Below are positions 22,348 through 32,517 of a stretch of 64,000 nucleotides of DNA, piece after piece. Positions within the stretch are counted from its first letter, which is position 1, and every line of letters starts with the position of its first letter. Under the pieces are notes generated by a model that saw only the letters and a program-made list of their open reading frames with translations, had not been told where the DNA came from and ran no database searches. The stretch is taken from the NCBI GenBank assembly GCA_963762145.1, contig CAVXJS010000010.1, forward strand, positions 256,001 through 320,000, given 5' to 3'. Source of the DNA: an uncultured Candidatus Rokubacteria bacterium. Lineage in GTDB: Bacteria; Methylomirabilota; Methylomirabilia; Rokubacteriales; CSP1-6. A program made the translations under genes and the position numbers.

Positions 22348-23263
22348 AGTCGTACCTGCTGCGCCGCCTCTGGCAGTCGCTGCTGGTCCTCTTCGGCGTC
22401 TCGGTGGTGGTGTTCCTGATCCTGCACCTGACCGGCGATCCCGGCCGCGCTCCTGCTGCCGCCCGACGCGACCGCGGAGGACATCGCGAAGTTCCGCGAC
22501 CGCGATGGGCTTCAACGATCCGGTCGCGGTCCAGTACCTCCGCTTCCTCCGGGGCGCGGTGCGCGGGGACTTCGGCGAGTCGCTGCGCCACGGCGAGCCC
22601 GCGATGGCCCTCGTGGTCGAGCGGCTGCCCGCGACCTTCCAGCTCGCGGGAGCCGGGCTGCTCATCGCGCTGTGCCTGGCCATCCCGGCCGGCATCGTGT
22701 CGGCGGTCCGGCGCAACACCGCGGTGGACTACATCTCGACGGTGGTGGCGCTCCTCGGGCAGGCCATGCCGACCTTCTGGCTCGGGATCATGCTGATCCT
22801 GGTCTTCTCGGTGCGGCTCAACTGGCTGCCCTCCTCGGGGCGCGGCGGCCTCGAGCACCTGGTCCTGCCCGCGATCACCCTCGGCCTCTTCACCACCGCG
22901 CGCATCACGCGGCTGACGCGCTCCGGGATGCTCGAGGTGCTCGGGCAGGACTACATCCGCACCGCGCGCGCCAAGGGCGTCGGCGAGCCGCCGGTGGTGT
23001 GGAAGCACGCGCTCAAGAACGCGTCGATCCCGATCGTCACCATCGTGGGGATCGAGCTCGGCACGCTGCTCGGCGGCTCGGTGATCACCGAGACCATCTT
23101 CGCGTGGCCGGGCGTGGGGCGGCTCTCGGTGCAGGCCATCTTCAACCGCGACTATCCGGTGGTGCAGTCCGCGGTGTTCCTGCTCGCCAGCACCTTCGTG
23201 ATCGTCAACTTCCTGGTGGACGTGGTCTACACCTACCTCGACCCGCGCATCCGGTATCGCTGA
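22344..23263 (+). CDS. Peptide/nickel ABC transporter permease (DppB-like; indels near 5' end)
   Basis: GTG overlaps the rlmD stop. [22 protein letters not shown]. Confidence 0.92.
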
Positions 23264-24217
23264 TGGCCGCGGTGCCGCCCTCCACGCCGGCCCAGGACGC
23301 GCAGCTCGCCCCCCGCGACGTGGTCGCGCCGCTGGTGCGCCCGGCGCCCCTGGGCCGAGCGCGAGTGGGTGACGCCTGCTGCGGCGGCTGGTGCGGCGCC
23401 GCACCGCGCTGTTCGGCCTGCTCGTCGTGCTGGTGGTGATGCTGGCCGCGGTGGCCGCCCCGCTCGTCGCGCCGTTCGATCCCCTGGAGCAGGACATCGG
23501 CCAGCGCCTGCGGGAGCCGGGCTGGCAGGACGCGCAGGGGCGGGTGCATCCGCTCGGCACCGACCACCTCGGGCGCGACATCCTCTCGCGCATCATCTTC
23601 GGCTCGCGCATCGCGCTGCTGGTGGGCCTGGCCGCGGTCGCTGATCTCGGGCGTGCTCGGGATGATCATCGGGCTCGTGGCCGGCTACTTCGGCGGGCGC
23701 ATGGACGACTTCCTGATGCGCCTGGCCGACGTGCAGCTCGCCTTCCCGTTCATCCTGCTCGCGATCGCGGTCATCGGCGTGCTGGGGCCGAGCCTGCGCA
23801 ACATCATCATCGTCATCGGGGTGTCGTCCTGGGTGGTCTACGCGCGGGTGGTGCGGGGCGAGGTGCTCTCGATCCGCGAGCGCGAGTACGTGCACGCCGC
23901 GGTGGCGCTGGGCAGCCGCGCACTGGCGCGTGCTGGTCACCCACGTGCTGCCGAACACCTTCACGCCGTGGCTGGTGGTGGCCACCCTCGACATGGCGCG
24001 GGTGATCGTGATCGAGTCCGCGCTGTCGTTCCTGGGGCTGGGCGTGCAGCCGCCCACGCCCACCTGGGGCGGCATGCTCGCCGACGGCCGCGTCTACCTC
24101 TCGACCGCGTGGTGGCTCGCGACGTTCCCGGGCCTCGCGATCCTCATCACCGTGCTCGGCATCAACCTCTTCGGCGACGGGCTGCGCGACACGCTCGACC
24201 CGCGCCTCAAGGTCTGA
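23263..24217 (+). CDS. Peptide/nickel ABC transporter permease (DppC-like; frameshifted)
   Basis: HPLGTDHLGRD, ESALSFLGLG, WGGML, GDGLRD.LDPR. Confidence 0.92.
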
Positions 24218-24229
24218 CCTCGAGGGCCC

Positions 24230-25426
24230 ATGGACAGCTCTGACACGCTGGTGCTGAGCGGGGCGCGCATCATCGACGGGACGGGGGCCGAGCCGGTGCG
24301 CGGCCGGTCGGTGGTGGTGGAGAAGGGCGTGATCACCGCGGTGGTGGACGACGCGCGGGCGCCGCGCGGCCACGGCATCGACCTGGCCGGCCACACGCTC
24401 CTGCCCGGCCTCATCAACTGCCACGTGCACCTCTGCCTCGGAGCGGAGGCCGATCCGGTCCGGCCGATCCGCGAGGAGCCGCTGGCCCTCACCGCCATCA
24501 AGGCGCTGCTGCGGGCGCGGGAGACGGCGCGCGCCGGGGTGACCACGGTGCGGGACCTCGGGGGCCGCGAGTACGTGGAGATCGCGGCGCGGCGGGCCAT
24601 CCAGGAGGGCCTCATCGACGGGCCGCGCATCCTGGCCGCGGGCCGCCCGGTGTGCATGACCGGCGGGCACGGGCACTGGCTCGGCCGCGAGGCCGACGGG
24701 CCCGACGACGCGCGCAAGGCGGTGCGCGAGCAGCTCAAGGCGGGCGCCGACGTGATCAAGATCATCGCCACCGGCGGGGTCATGACCCCGGGGGTGGAGC
24801 CCGGCTCCCCCCAGATGACGCTCGAGGAGATGCGCGCGGCCATCGAGGAGGCGCGCAAGGCCGGCCGCCGCACCGCGGCCCACGCGATGGCCGCGACCGG
24901 GATCAGCGAGGCGATCGACGCGGGGATCACCTCGATCGAGCACGGGGTCGTTCCTCACCGAGGCGATCGTGGCCCACATGCGCCGCGACGGGACCTTCCT
25001 GGTCCCGACCCTGAACGCGCCCGCCGCCATCGCGTCGGGTGGCGTCGCGGCGGGGATTCCCGCGTTCATGGTGCGCAAGTCCGAGGAGGTCCTGTCCGCC
25101 GCACGTGGCGAGCTTCCAGCTCGCGCATCGCGCCGGCGTGCGGATCGCGGCGGGCGCCGACTCGGGCACGCCGCTCAACTTCCACGGCTCGCTGCTGCCC
25201 GAGCTCACGCTGATGGTGAAGTACGGCATGACGCCGCTCGAGGCGATCCGGTCCGCCACCGTCACCGCGGCCGAGTGCCTCGGGCTGGGCGAGGTGACCG
25301 GCCGCGTGGCCCCCGGCTACGCGGCGGATCTGATCGCGGTGGCGGGGGATCCCGGCCGAGCGGATCGAGGCCCTCGCGGATCTGAAGACCGTGCTCGTGA
25401 ACGGCCGCGTCATCCCGACCGCGTAG
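24230..25426 (+). CDS. Amidohydrolase family protein (Xaa-Pro dipeptidase-like; frameshifted)
   Basis: LPGLINCHVH, GVTTVRDLG, GGHG, KIIATGGV, SIEHG, GADSG. Confidence 0.88.
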
Positions 25427-25438
25427 GCGACGCGGCGC

Positions 25439-26908
25439 TCAGCCGCCCGGCGCGGCGAGCAGCCCGAGGCGGTCCGCCGCCGCGAGGAGGGCCAGCGCGG
25501 CGAACCCCAGCCCGCCCCCGATCACCACGATCTCGCGCCAGAGCGGCGCCCGCAGCGCCTCCGGCAGCAGCGCGCGATTGAGGCGCAGGGTGTGGAAGGA
25601 CAGCACCGCGAAGTTCAGCGCCGCGACGTTCGCGCCGATCACGATGACGGTGAGCGGGTCGCCCGCCGTCATCGCGATGCCCCCCGCAAGCACGAAGAGC
25701 GCGAGGACCGGGTAGTAGACCCAGCCCGCCCCCGCGCTCGCCGGTCGCACGCCGGCCGTCCACAGCATCTCGGTCACGTTGCGCGCGAAGCCCTCCACGA
25801 TGCCGACCTGGGTCGAGAAGAAGATCCAGAGCGTGGTCAGGAGCGCGGGGACCCAGAGCAGGGGCCAGTAGCGCCGGGCGAGCTCGCGCGCGAAGATCGC
25901 GCCCGCCCCGAAGCCGCCCGTGTCGGTGCCCGGCGGGATCGCGTCGAGGGCGAGCAGCACCGGCAGCCCCATGCCGATCAGGCAGCCGGCCGTCCACAGG
26001 TACGAGAGGTCCGCCCGGAGGTAGCGCCACCACTCGCGCCACTTGGCGAGGTTCGCCTCGCTGGGCGGGAAGATCGCTCCCTCGCGCGGCAGCAGGATCG
26101 TCCGATCCCCCACCGGGGTCGGCTGCGCCCCCACGGTGCCCGCCATGCCGAAGCCCTTGTCGCGCAGCCAGTAGGTGAGCATGGCGTTGATCGTGCCGCC
26201 CGCGCCGGAATAGGCCGCGAAGGCGGTGACGAGCGCCCAGTCGGGCGTGGCGGGAGGGAAGCTCGAGGGGATCCAGCCCGGCTCCCACAGCGGCCGGCCC
26301 GCGAAGCTCCACGCGAGCACGGTCCAGGCCCGCCCGGGCACGAACCGGACGGCCAGCCCGACGAGGAGGCCGAGCATCCACGCCATCATGATCCACTCGG
26401 TGATCTCGAGCGCCCGATGGGCGCGCCGCCCGAGGAGCAGGAAGCCGACCGCGCCGAGGAAGATCAGGTAGCCGAGGCCGACCACCACCTCGCGGTCCTC
26501 CGCGCGCGGCACGCGGCCGAGCAGGAGCGCGGCCAGCGCGGAGCCTCCCGCGAGCGCCCAGCCCGGCCAGCCCACCTGGGCCAGGTGCAGCAGCGAGTAG
26601 CCGGTGGCCCAGAATCGCGCCCCCGGCCGCTGGCGCATGAAGCCCGTGAAGACGGGCTCCCCGGTGGCGAGGGTGTAGCGGGCCATCTCCGCGTTGAGCA
26701 CGCCCTGGAAGAGGATCGACAGCGTGCAGATCCAGAGCAGGGTGGGGCCGTAGGCGGTCGCGACGGCGGGGCCGAGCAGCCAGTCGCCCGCACCCAGCGA
26801 GACCCCGAGCAGGATCGCGCCCGGCCCGATGACCCGGACCAGATTGACGAGCGTGTAGGCGGGCGCGTGCGGGAGGTCGCCCTGCCGCCACGCGGGCAGA
26901 TCGCTCAC
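25439..26908 (-). CDS. Nramp/APC-superfamily membrane transporter
   Basis: IGPGAILLGVSLGAGDWLLGP, EMARYTLATGE, many TM segments. GTG at 26908 overlaps the VanZ stop (track start 26950). Confidence 0.82.
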   Translation of the reverse strand: MSDLPAWRQGDLPHAPAYTLVNLVRVIGPGAILLGVSLGAGDWLLGPAVATAYGPTLLWICTLSILFQGVLNAEMARYTLATGEPVFTGFMRQRPGARFWATGYSLLHLAQVGWPGWALAGGSALAALLLGRVPRAEDREVVVGLGYLIFLGAVGFLLLGRRAHRALEITEWIMMAWMLGLLVGLAVRFVPGRAWTVLAWSFAGRPLWEPGWIPSSFPPATPDWALVTAFAAYSGAGGTINAMLTYWLRDKGFGMAGTVGAQPTPVGDRTILLPREGAIFPPSEANLAKWREWWRYLRADLSYLWTAGCLIGMGLPVLLALDAIPPGTDTGGFGAGAIFARELARRYWPLLWVPALLTTLWIFFSTQVGIVEGFARNVTEMLWTAGVRPASAGAGWVYYPVLALFVLAGGIAMTAGDPLTVIVIGANVAALNFAVLSFHTLRLNRALLPEALRAPLWREIVVIGGGLGFAALALLAAADRLGLLAAPGG

Positions 26909-27483
26909 GCGCGGACGCGCCTCCGCCGCCAGATCCAGAGGGCGAGCCACGCGGCGGGAACGCTCAGCCAGAGCCAGCCCGCCGGCGCGGCGGCGGCCAC
27001 GTCGATCGCGAGCATCACGGTGCCGCCGGCGGCGGCGGCCCAGAGGAGGAGCCGCGCGAGCCCGTCGGCGGCGCGGCGCGGGCCCAGCGTGGCCACCAGG
27101 AGAGCGCCGGCGGCCGCGCTGCCGTCGAGCAGCACGTCCACGAGGCGGCCCTCACGGGTGGGAGTCAGCGCCTGGCGTATCTCGTCGAGGCCGGCGGTCA
27201 ACATCGCGAGGGCGAGCGGCCATCGCCAGGGCGCGGGCCCGCCGGGGCCGGCCAGGGCGCGGCGCCAGAGCAGGGCGAGCACCGCGTACTCGACGACGTG
27301 ACCGGTCTTCCGCAGGAGCCAGTGGGCTCCCGCGATCTGCTCGAGGGTCGCCCAGGGCATCAGCGCGCGCAGCCAGGGCTCGATGAGCGGCGCCGTGGCG
27401 CCCCCGTGATAGCGGGCGCCCGAGAACCACGCGATCACCACCGACCACGCGAGCGGCGGCAGGAATCGGAGCGCCGTCGTCAC
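26905..27483 (-). CDS. VanZ family membrane protein
   Basis: RKTGHVVEYAVL, DEIRQ..P.REG...DV..D. Confidence 0.85.
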   Translation of the reverse strand: MTTALRFLPPLAWSVVIAWFSGARYHGGATAPLIEPWLRALMPWATLEQIAGAHWLLRKTGHVVEYAVLALLWRRALAGPGGPAPWRWPLALAMLTAGLDEIRQALTPTREGRLVDVLLDGSAAAGALLVATLGPRRAADGLARLLLWAAAAGGTVMLAIDVAAAAPAGWLWLSVPAAWLALWIWRRRRVRA

Positions 27484-27530
27484 GACGATCTAGCGTGGCA
27501 CAGGGGGCCCGGGATTGACAACGGGCCGGC

Positions 27531-28592
27531 TCAGAAGAACGCCCGCTCCACGAAGAGGACCGCGCCGACGACGAGAATCGCCAGCGAGGCGCTCCGGATC
27601 AGGCGGGGCTCCCATCCGGTTCTCCGGAGCAGCGCCAGCAGGGGAAGGGCCACCGCCAGGACCAGCGCCTGTCCGAGCTCGACCCCGGCGTTGAACCCGA
27701 CGAGCGACAGCACGAGGCCCCGCGTGGGCAGACCGATCTCACGGAGGACGGACGAGAACCCGAAGCCGTGCACCAGCCCGAAGACGAAGCTGACGAGCCA
27801 CCGGCGGGAGAGCACCGGATGCGGGAAGAGGTTCTCGGCCGCCACCACCGCGATCGAGAGGGCGATGACCGCTTCCACGAGGCGGTCCGGCAGCGCCACG
27901 ATGTCGAGCGCGGCGAGCGTGAGGGTGAGGCTGTGGGCCAGGGTGAAGGCGGTGATGATCTTGACGAGCGAGAGCCAGCCCCCGCCGCGCAGCATGAGCG
28001 CCAGGAGGAAGAGCAGGTGGTCCCAGCCGGTCAGGATGTGCTCGACCCCGAGCACCACGAAGCTGGCGGCGCCGGGGCGCCGCTCGTCGAGGCTCACCCG
28101 GGCCTCGCGCGCCTCGGTGCCGAACGCGAACTGGCTGGTCACGCCGGCCGCGTCGATGCGGGCCAGCGTGTGGTAATCGGCGCCCAGCGCGTCCGGAAGA
28201 TCGTCCCGGATCTGGAGGTCGCGCACCACGAGGCCGCACGCGTAGTCCACCACCAGGATCAGGCTCTCGGCGGGCGGCGCCGGATCGGCCAGCGACCCCG
28301 GGCCGGGTTCGCATCGTCGTCCCTGCGCGACGAGCGCCACCTTGTCGCGGACCACGCCGAGGAGCCGGCTGCGCTCCGGGCCGGGCGCGGCGCGCGCGAG
28401 CCCCCACGTCTCGATCATCTCGGGGGGCACGCTCGCCGGCCACAGGGTCAGCGAGTAACGGACGCGCTCGCCGTCGATCGCGATCGCGGCGTAGCCGTTG
28501 CGCCCGCCGGTGTGGGCCGAGACGCTCGCGGCGGCCGCCGCGAGGACCGCGAGGACCGCGAGGCCCGCCAGGGCCGTCCACGCGGCCCTCAT
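27531..28592 (-). CDS. HupE/UreJ family protein with periplasmic N-terminal domain
   Basis: Signal peptide ending ASVSA|HTGG, GVEHILTGWDHLLF, FTLAHSLTL, VEAVIALS, FGLVHGFGF, FNAGVELGQ. Confidence 0.9.
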   Translation of the reverse strand: MRAAWTALAGLAVLAVLAAAAASVSAHTGGRNGYAAIAIDGERVRYSLTLWPASVPPEMIETWGLARAAPGPERSRLLGVVRDKVALVAQGRRCEPGPGSLADPAPPAESLILVVDYACGLVVRDLQIRDDLPDALGADYHTLARIDAAGVTSQFAFGTEAREARVSLDERRPGAASFVVLGVEHILTGWDHLLFLLALMLRGGGWLSLVKIITAFTLAHSLTLTLAALDIVALPDRLVEAVIALSIAVVAAENLFPHPVLSRRWLVSFVFGLVHGFGFSSVLREIGLPTRGLVLSLVGFNAGVELGQALVLAVALPLLALLRRTGWEPRLIRSASLAILVVGAVLFVERAFF

Positions 28593-29204
28593 CAGCGCGG
28601 CGGCCCGGTCGCCCGCGACGGCTCCGGCGCCGCGGCCATCGTCCGGATCAGCTCCCGTAGATTGTCGATCTGATACGCGGGGATCGTCACCACCACCGGA
28701 TGCCCCACCGCGCGTCACGTAGCGGCTGACCGTGTCGGGAGCCACGTGGCCCACCGCGTACTGCACGAGCGGCTGCGCCTGCCCCGGCCGGTACACGAGG
28801 ATGACGAGCTCCGGCGAGGCGACCCCGTAAACGGCGCCGTCCTTGCCCAGCGGGAAGTCCCGCTCGGCGCGCGCCCGGTCGAGCGCGGCGAGGGCCCGCG
28901 CGATCCGCTCCGCGCGCGCCGGATCGGGATCGTGGGTGTGGGCGCTCTCGGCGGCGTCGTGGGCGCCGTGATAGAACCACGCGCCCGCTGCGTCGCGCTC
29001 GAACCGGTGGACCCGCCCGGCGTCGGCGATCTCGATCGCCCCGACCTCGCTCAGCGGGACGGGCAGCAGGCGGCGGGGGTCGGCGGGACCGGCTCCTCCC
29101 GACGTCGCGCGGAGATGGTCCGCCCATTCCAGCGCCCCGATTCCCACCGTCAGGGCCCCCAGTAGCAGCCAGACGACGGTGAGCCCGCGGCGCCGCGGGC
29201 TCAA
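28592..29204 (-). CDS. DUF4340-like membrane-anchored protein with His-rich loop (frameshift near 28710)
   Basis: N-terminal TM, YHGAHDAAESAHTHD, YGVASP, VGHVAPD..SRYV; follows the GldG-like gene. Confidence 0.65.
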
Positions 29205-30790
29205 TGCTGCTTCCACCACACCGCGGTGCCGACCATCGCGAGCAGGGCGGGCACGAGCAGCACCGCGACGAAGAACGTGGCCTTCATCTGTCGGTTGGTG
29301 AGGTTGATGCGCGGCAGGTCCGCGCTCCGGGGCTGCAGGCCGATCAGGTTTTCCTGCGCGCCCAGGAAGTTGACCGCGTTCAGGAACAGCGCGCCGTTGC
29401 CCATGATGTGGAAGAAGGAGTTGGTGGCGAAGTCCGAGTCGCCCACCACCGCGATCCGGGAGCGCGGGCCCTCGGGCGCGGGCCCATCGCCGGTGGCGAC
29501 CGGCCGGCGCAGCGCGACCGCCATCAGCGTGTTCGGGCCCGGCACGTCGCGGCCCTTGACGAAGCCCACGCGATCCGGGCTGGCTTGCCCCCAGCTGTTC
29601 TTCGACGAGTTCAGTAGCGGGACCACCGAGGTGCCGGGGACGCGCTGCGGGGTGGGGGAGACCGAGCGCGCGCCCGGGAAGAAGGTGAGCGGCAGGTCGC
29701 GGGTGATCTGGTGCCGGTTGTAGTCGCTGACCGCCGGGGAGGAAACGTCGGCCCAGAAGTGGCTCGCCTCGTCGATGACGATGTCGTCGTCAACCACGAT
29801 GCCGTATTCGCGGATCACCGGCTCGAGACCGGTGGAGACGAACGGGTCGAGCAGGAAGAGGGCGTTGCCACCCGCGACGAGGTAGGCCCGGATCGCCTCC
29901 ACCTCCGCCGGAAGCAGCGGCACCTTGGGCCCCGCCACCACCAGCACCCCGCACCCGGCCAGCCCGTTCGCCTGCTGCAACAGCGAGACCTTCTCCGCCT
30001 TGTAGTTCAGGGTCTCCAGCGCGTGGCGCGCCTTGCCGAGGCCGTGACGCTCGTGCAGCACGTACTTGGCGCCCAGCCCGTGCGAGTGGCCGGGCGCGCC
30101 CTCGAGATGGTCGTGGGCCTCGAGACTGAAGGGATCCGCCTCCCGGTGGCCGTCGAGGAAGCACACCCGCTGGGTCGCGCTCTGGGACACGCGCAGGATC
30201 CCGTTGGCGATGTCGGTCTCGCTGCCGCCGTTGACCTGGAGCGTGCGCCCCTCGCTCTCCATGACCGCGGTGCCCGCGAAGTTGACGCCGAGCATGCGCG
30301 CCTGGGCCGGGTTGATCATCGGATCGTAGAACTCGACCGCGATCCGCGGACTCTGCGCGGCGATCAGCTGATAGAGCTCGACGGTGTCGCGCATCATCGG
30401 ATCGTGGAAGAACACGATGCGCACCGGCCGATCGAGCCGCTTGAGCATGGTGGCGGTGGGTTCGGAGAGCGAGTACGCCCCGGTGGTGGAGAGGTCGAAC
30501 CGGAACGGATAGCGTACCGAAAGATAGGCGATCGCGACCAGGATACCGACGATCCCCAGCGCGAAGAGCGCGATCTCGGCCCGTCGGCGATGGGCGAGGG
30601 CGGCGAGCCGGTGCCTCAGCCCGAACGCGCCGATCGCCGCGAGCAGGGCCCCGGCGCCCGCGAGGACCCACGTGGCGGTGACGGTCTCGAGGAGGATCGC
30701 GTGCACCACGAGGGCGGCCGCGAGCAGCGCGATCCCCGCGAGGAGGATCAGCCCCGAGCGGATCGAGCGGTCCCGCCCTAGCGTCGCCAC
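29201..30790 (-). CDS. GldG-like ABC transporter auxiliary protein with His-rich insert
   Basis: RFDLS...YSLSE.T, CFLDGHRE, VVGDSDF, N..LFLNAVN, C-terminal TM; insert EAHDHLEGAPGHSHG. Confidence 0.85.
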   Translation of the reverse strand: MATLGRDRSIRSGLILLAGIALLAAALVVHAILLETVTATWVLAGAGALLAAIGAFGLRHRLAALAHRRRAEIALFALGIVGILVAIAYLSVRYPFRFDLSTTGAYSLSEPTATMLKRLDRPVRIVFFHDPMMRDTVELYQLIAAQSPRIAVEFYDPMINPAQARMLGVNFAGTAVMESEGRTLQVNGGSETDIANGILRVSQSATQRVCFLDGHREADPFSLEAHDHLEGAPGHSHGLGAKYVLHERHGLGKARHALETLNYKAEKVSLLQQANGLAGCGVLVVAGPKVPLLPAEVEAIRAYLVAGGNALFLLDPFVSTGLEPVIREYGIVVDDDIVIDEASHFWADVSSPAVSDYNRHQITRDLPLTFFPGARSVSPTPQRVPGTSVVPLLNSSKNSWGQASPDRVGFVKGRDVPGPNTLMAVALRRPVATGDGPAPEGPRSRIAVVGDSDFATNSFFHIMGNGALFLNAVNFLGAQENLIGLQPRSADLPRINLTNRQMKATFFVAVLLVPALLAMVGTAVWWKQH

Positions 30791-31485
30791 TGGAGATACG
30801 CCACGCTGAGAGTCAGCGCGATCGCGGAGACGATCATGTAGAACACCACCGCCTCGGTGCGCACGAGGCCCTGGATGAACTCGGTGAAGTGGCGGGAGAA
30901 CGACAGGTAACCGACGAGCGCGCGCATGCCCGGCGAGGCCTGAAAGGACTGGAGGTGTCCCACGAACCAGAAGGCGAGGAGCACCGCGGCGGAGAGCAGG
31001 GCGGCCACGATCTGGTTGTGGGTCACGGTCGAGAAGAGCTGGCCGACGGCGAGGCACGCCAGGCCGAGCAGCACGAACCCGAGGTAGCCGGACAGGATCG
31101 TGGTGGTCTCGGGCGTGCCGAAGAGGTAGAGCGGGATCAGGTCGACCGTGGTGCCCGCGGTGATCAGCAGGAGGATGGTGGCCGCGCCCAGGAACTTCCC
31201 GACGACGATCTGCCACGGGGAGAGCGGCAGCGTGAAGAGCAGCTCCGCGGTGCCCGCGTTGTACTCGGCGGCGAGCAGCCGCATCGAGATCACCGGGGCC
31301 AGGGTCGTCAGGAGGATGCCCATGTTCTGGAACGTCCCCGCCATCGCGGTCTCGCCGCTCAGGAAGATGTTGTAGAGGAAGAAGTAGCCGCTGCCGAGCA
31401 GGAATACCGCGACCACGTAGTAGGCGATCGGCGACCGGAAGTAGGTCGCCATCTCCTTGCGGTAGACCGCCAGGGTTCCGCTCAC
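30778..31485 (-). CDS. ABC-2 type permease (GldF-like)
   Basis: KEMATYFRSPIAY, SMRLLAAE...GT.ELL.T.P, GKFLG, NQIVA. Confidence 0.9.
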   Translation of the reverse strand: MSGTLAVYRKEMATYFRSPIAYYVVAVFLLGSGYFFLYNIFLSGETAMAGTFQNMGILLTTLAPVISMRLLAAEYNAGTAELLFTLPLSPWQIVVGKFLGAATILLLITAGTTVDLIPLYLFGTPETTTILSGYLGFVLLGLACLAVGQLFSTVTHNQIVAALLSAAVLLAFWFVGHLQSFQASPGMRALVGYLSFSRHFTEFIQGLVRTEAVVFYMIVSAIALTLSVAYLQWRR

Positions 31486-32456
31486 GCCGCCTCCCCGCTC
31501 GCGGGCGAGTCCTGGACGTACCGCAGGAAGATGTTCTCGAGGGTGGGCTGGCTCCGCTCGAGGCGATGCAGATCGAAGTGGCCGGCGACCGCGCGGGCGA
31601 TCGCCGCCTCCACGCCATCGCGGGCGTCCACCTGGCAGTCGACGGTGAGCACGCCGGGCTCGGCCGCCTCCGCGCGCAGGTCGACCGCCCGGACCCCGTC
31701 CACCGCCAGTAGCGCGTCTCGCAGGGCGGGCGCAGCCCCGGTGACCCGCAGCGAGACCCGGTTGGTCTGCTCCATCGCGCGCTGGAGGCCGGATGGGGAG
31801 TCGATGGCGAGCAGCCGGCCGTGGTTGATGATGGCCACCCGGCGGCAGATCAGGGTGGCCTCCGCGAGGATGTGGGTGCTGAGCAGGACCGCGTGCTCGG
31901 CTCCGAAGGCCCGGATCACCTCGCGCGTCTCCTGGATCTGGCCGGGATCGAGACCGGCGGTGGGCTCGTCGAGCAGTAGCACCTCGGGCGATCCCAGGAG
32001 GGCCTGCGCCAGGCCCAGCCGCTGCCGGTAGCCCTTGGAGAGCTTGTAGATCTCGTGATGGAGCACCGCCTCCAGACGGCACGCGACGGTGACCCGCTCG
32101 AGCTCCGCGGGGATCGCGGTCCGGGCCACGCCCTTGGCCCGGGCCACGAACCGGAGATACGCGGAAACGCCGAGCGCGTCGTAGAGCGGCGGGCGCTCCG
32201 GAAGATAGCCGATGCGCCGGGCCGCCTCGACGTTCTGGGTCGCCATGTCGTACCCGGCCACCGTCACCCGTCCCGAGGTGGCCGCGGTGAAGCCGGCGAT
32301 CATGCGCATGGTGGTGGTCTTGCCCGCCCCGTTGGGTCCGAGGAAGCCGACGATCTCCCCCCGGCCGACCGTGAAGGAGAGGTCGTGAATGATCGAGGCG
32401 GAGCCGTAGCGCTTCGACACCGATTCGAGGGTGATGACCGGGGCGGATGTACGCAT
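31482..32456 (-). CDS. ABC transporter ATP-binding protein (GldA-like)
   Basis: GPNGAGKTT, LSKGYRQR, LLLDEPT. Confidence 0.95.
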   Translation of the reverse strand: MRTSAPVITLESVSKRYGSASIIHDLSFTVGRGEIVGFLGPNGAGKTTTMRMIAGFTAATSGRVTVAGYDMATQNVEAARRIGYLPERPPLYDALGVSAYLRFVARAKGVARTAIPAELERVTVACRLEAVLHHEIYKLSKGYRQRLGLAQALLGSPEVLLLDEPTAGLDPGQIQETREVIRAFGAEHAVLLSTHILAEATLICRRVAIINHGRLLAIDSPSGLQRAMEQTNRVSLRVTGAAPALRDALLAVDGVRAVDLRAEAAEPGVLTVDCQVDARDGVEAAIARAVAGHFDLHRLERSQPTLENIFLRYVQDSPASGEAA

Positions 32457-32466
32457 GGCAGAAACA

Positions 32467-32495
32467 AGAAAGCCCCCCGCGCCGGGGGGCTTTCT
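32467..32495 (-). terminator. Intrinsic terminator after the lactonase-like gene
   Basis: 12-bp inverted repeat agaaagcccccc / ggggggctttct, ending in a U-rich tract on the minus strand. Confidence 0.75.
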
Positions 32496-32517
32496 CAGGC
32501 CTTCGCTCGTGGAGCGG

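Noticed and set aside
15759-25426. Programmed frameshifting or pseudogenisation of prs, ispE and rlmD
   Set aside because: Indels are too many and clustered, lack slippery-site signatures, and hit essential genes; assembly error is more likely.
27531-29219. DUF4340-HupE fusion (562 aa)
   Set aside because: An indel near 28710 bridges the genes; HupE has its own signal peptide and a TGATG junction at 28592.
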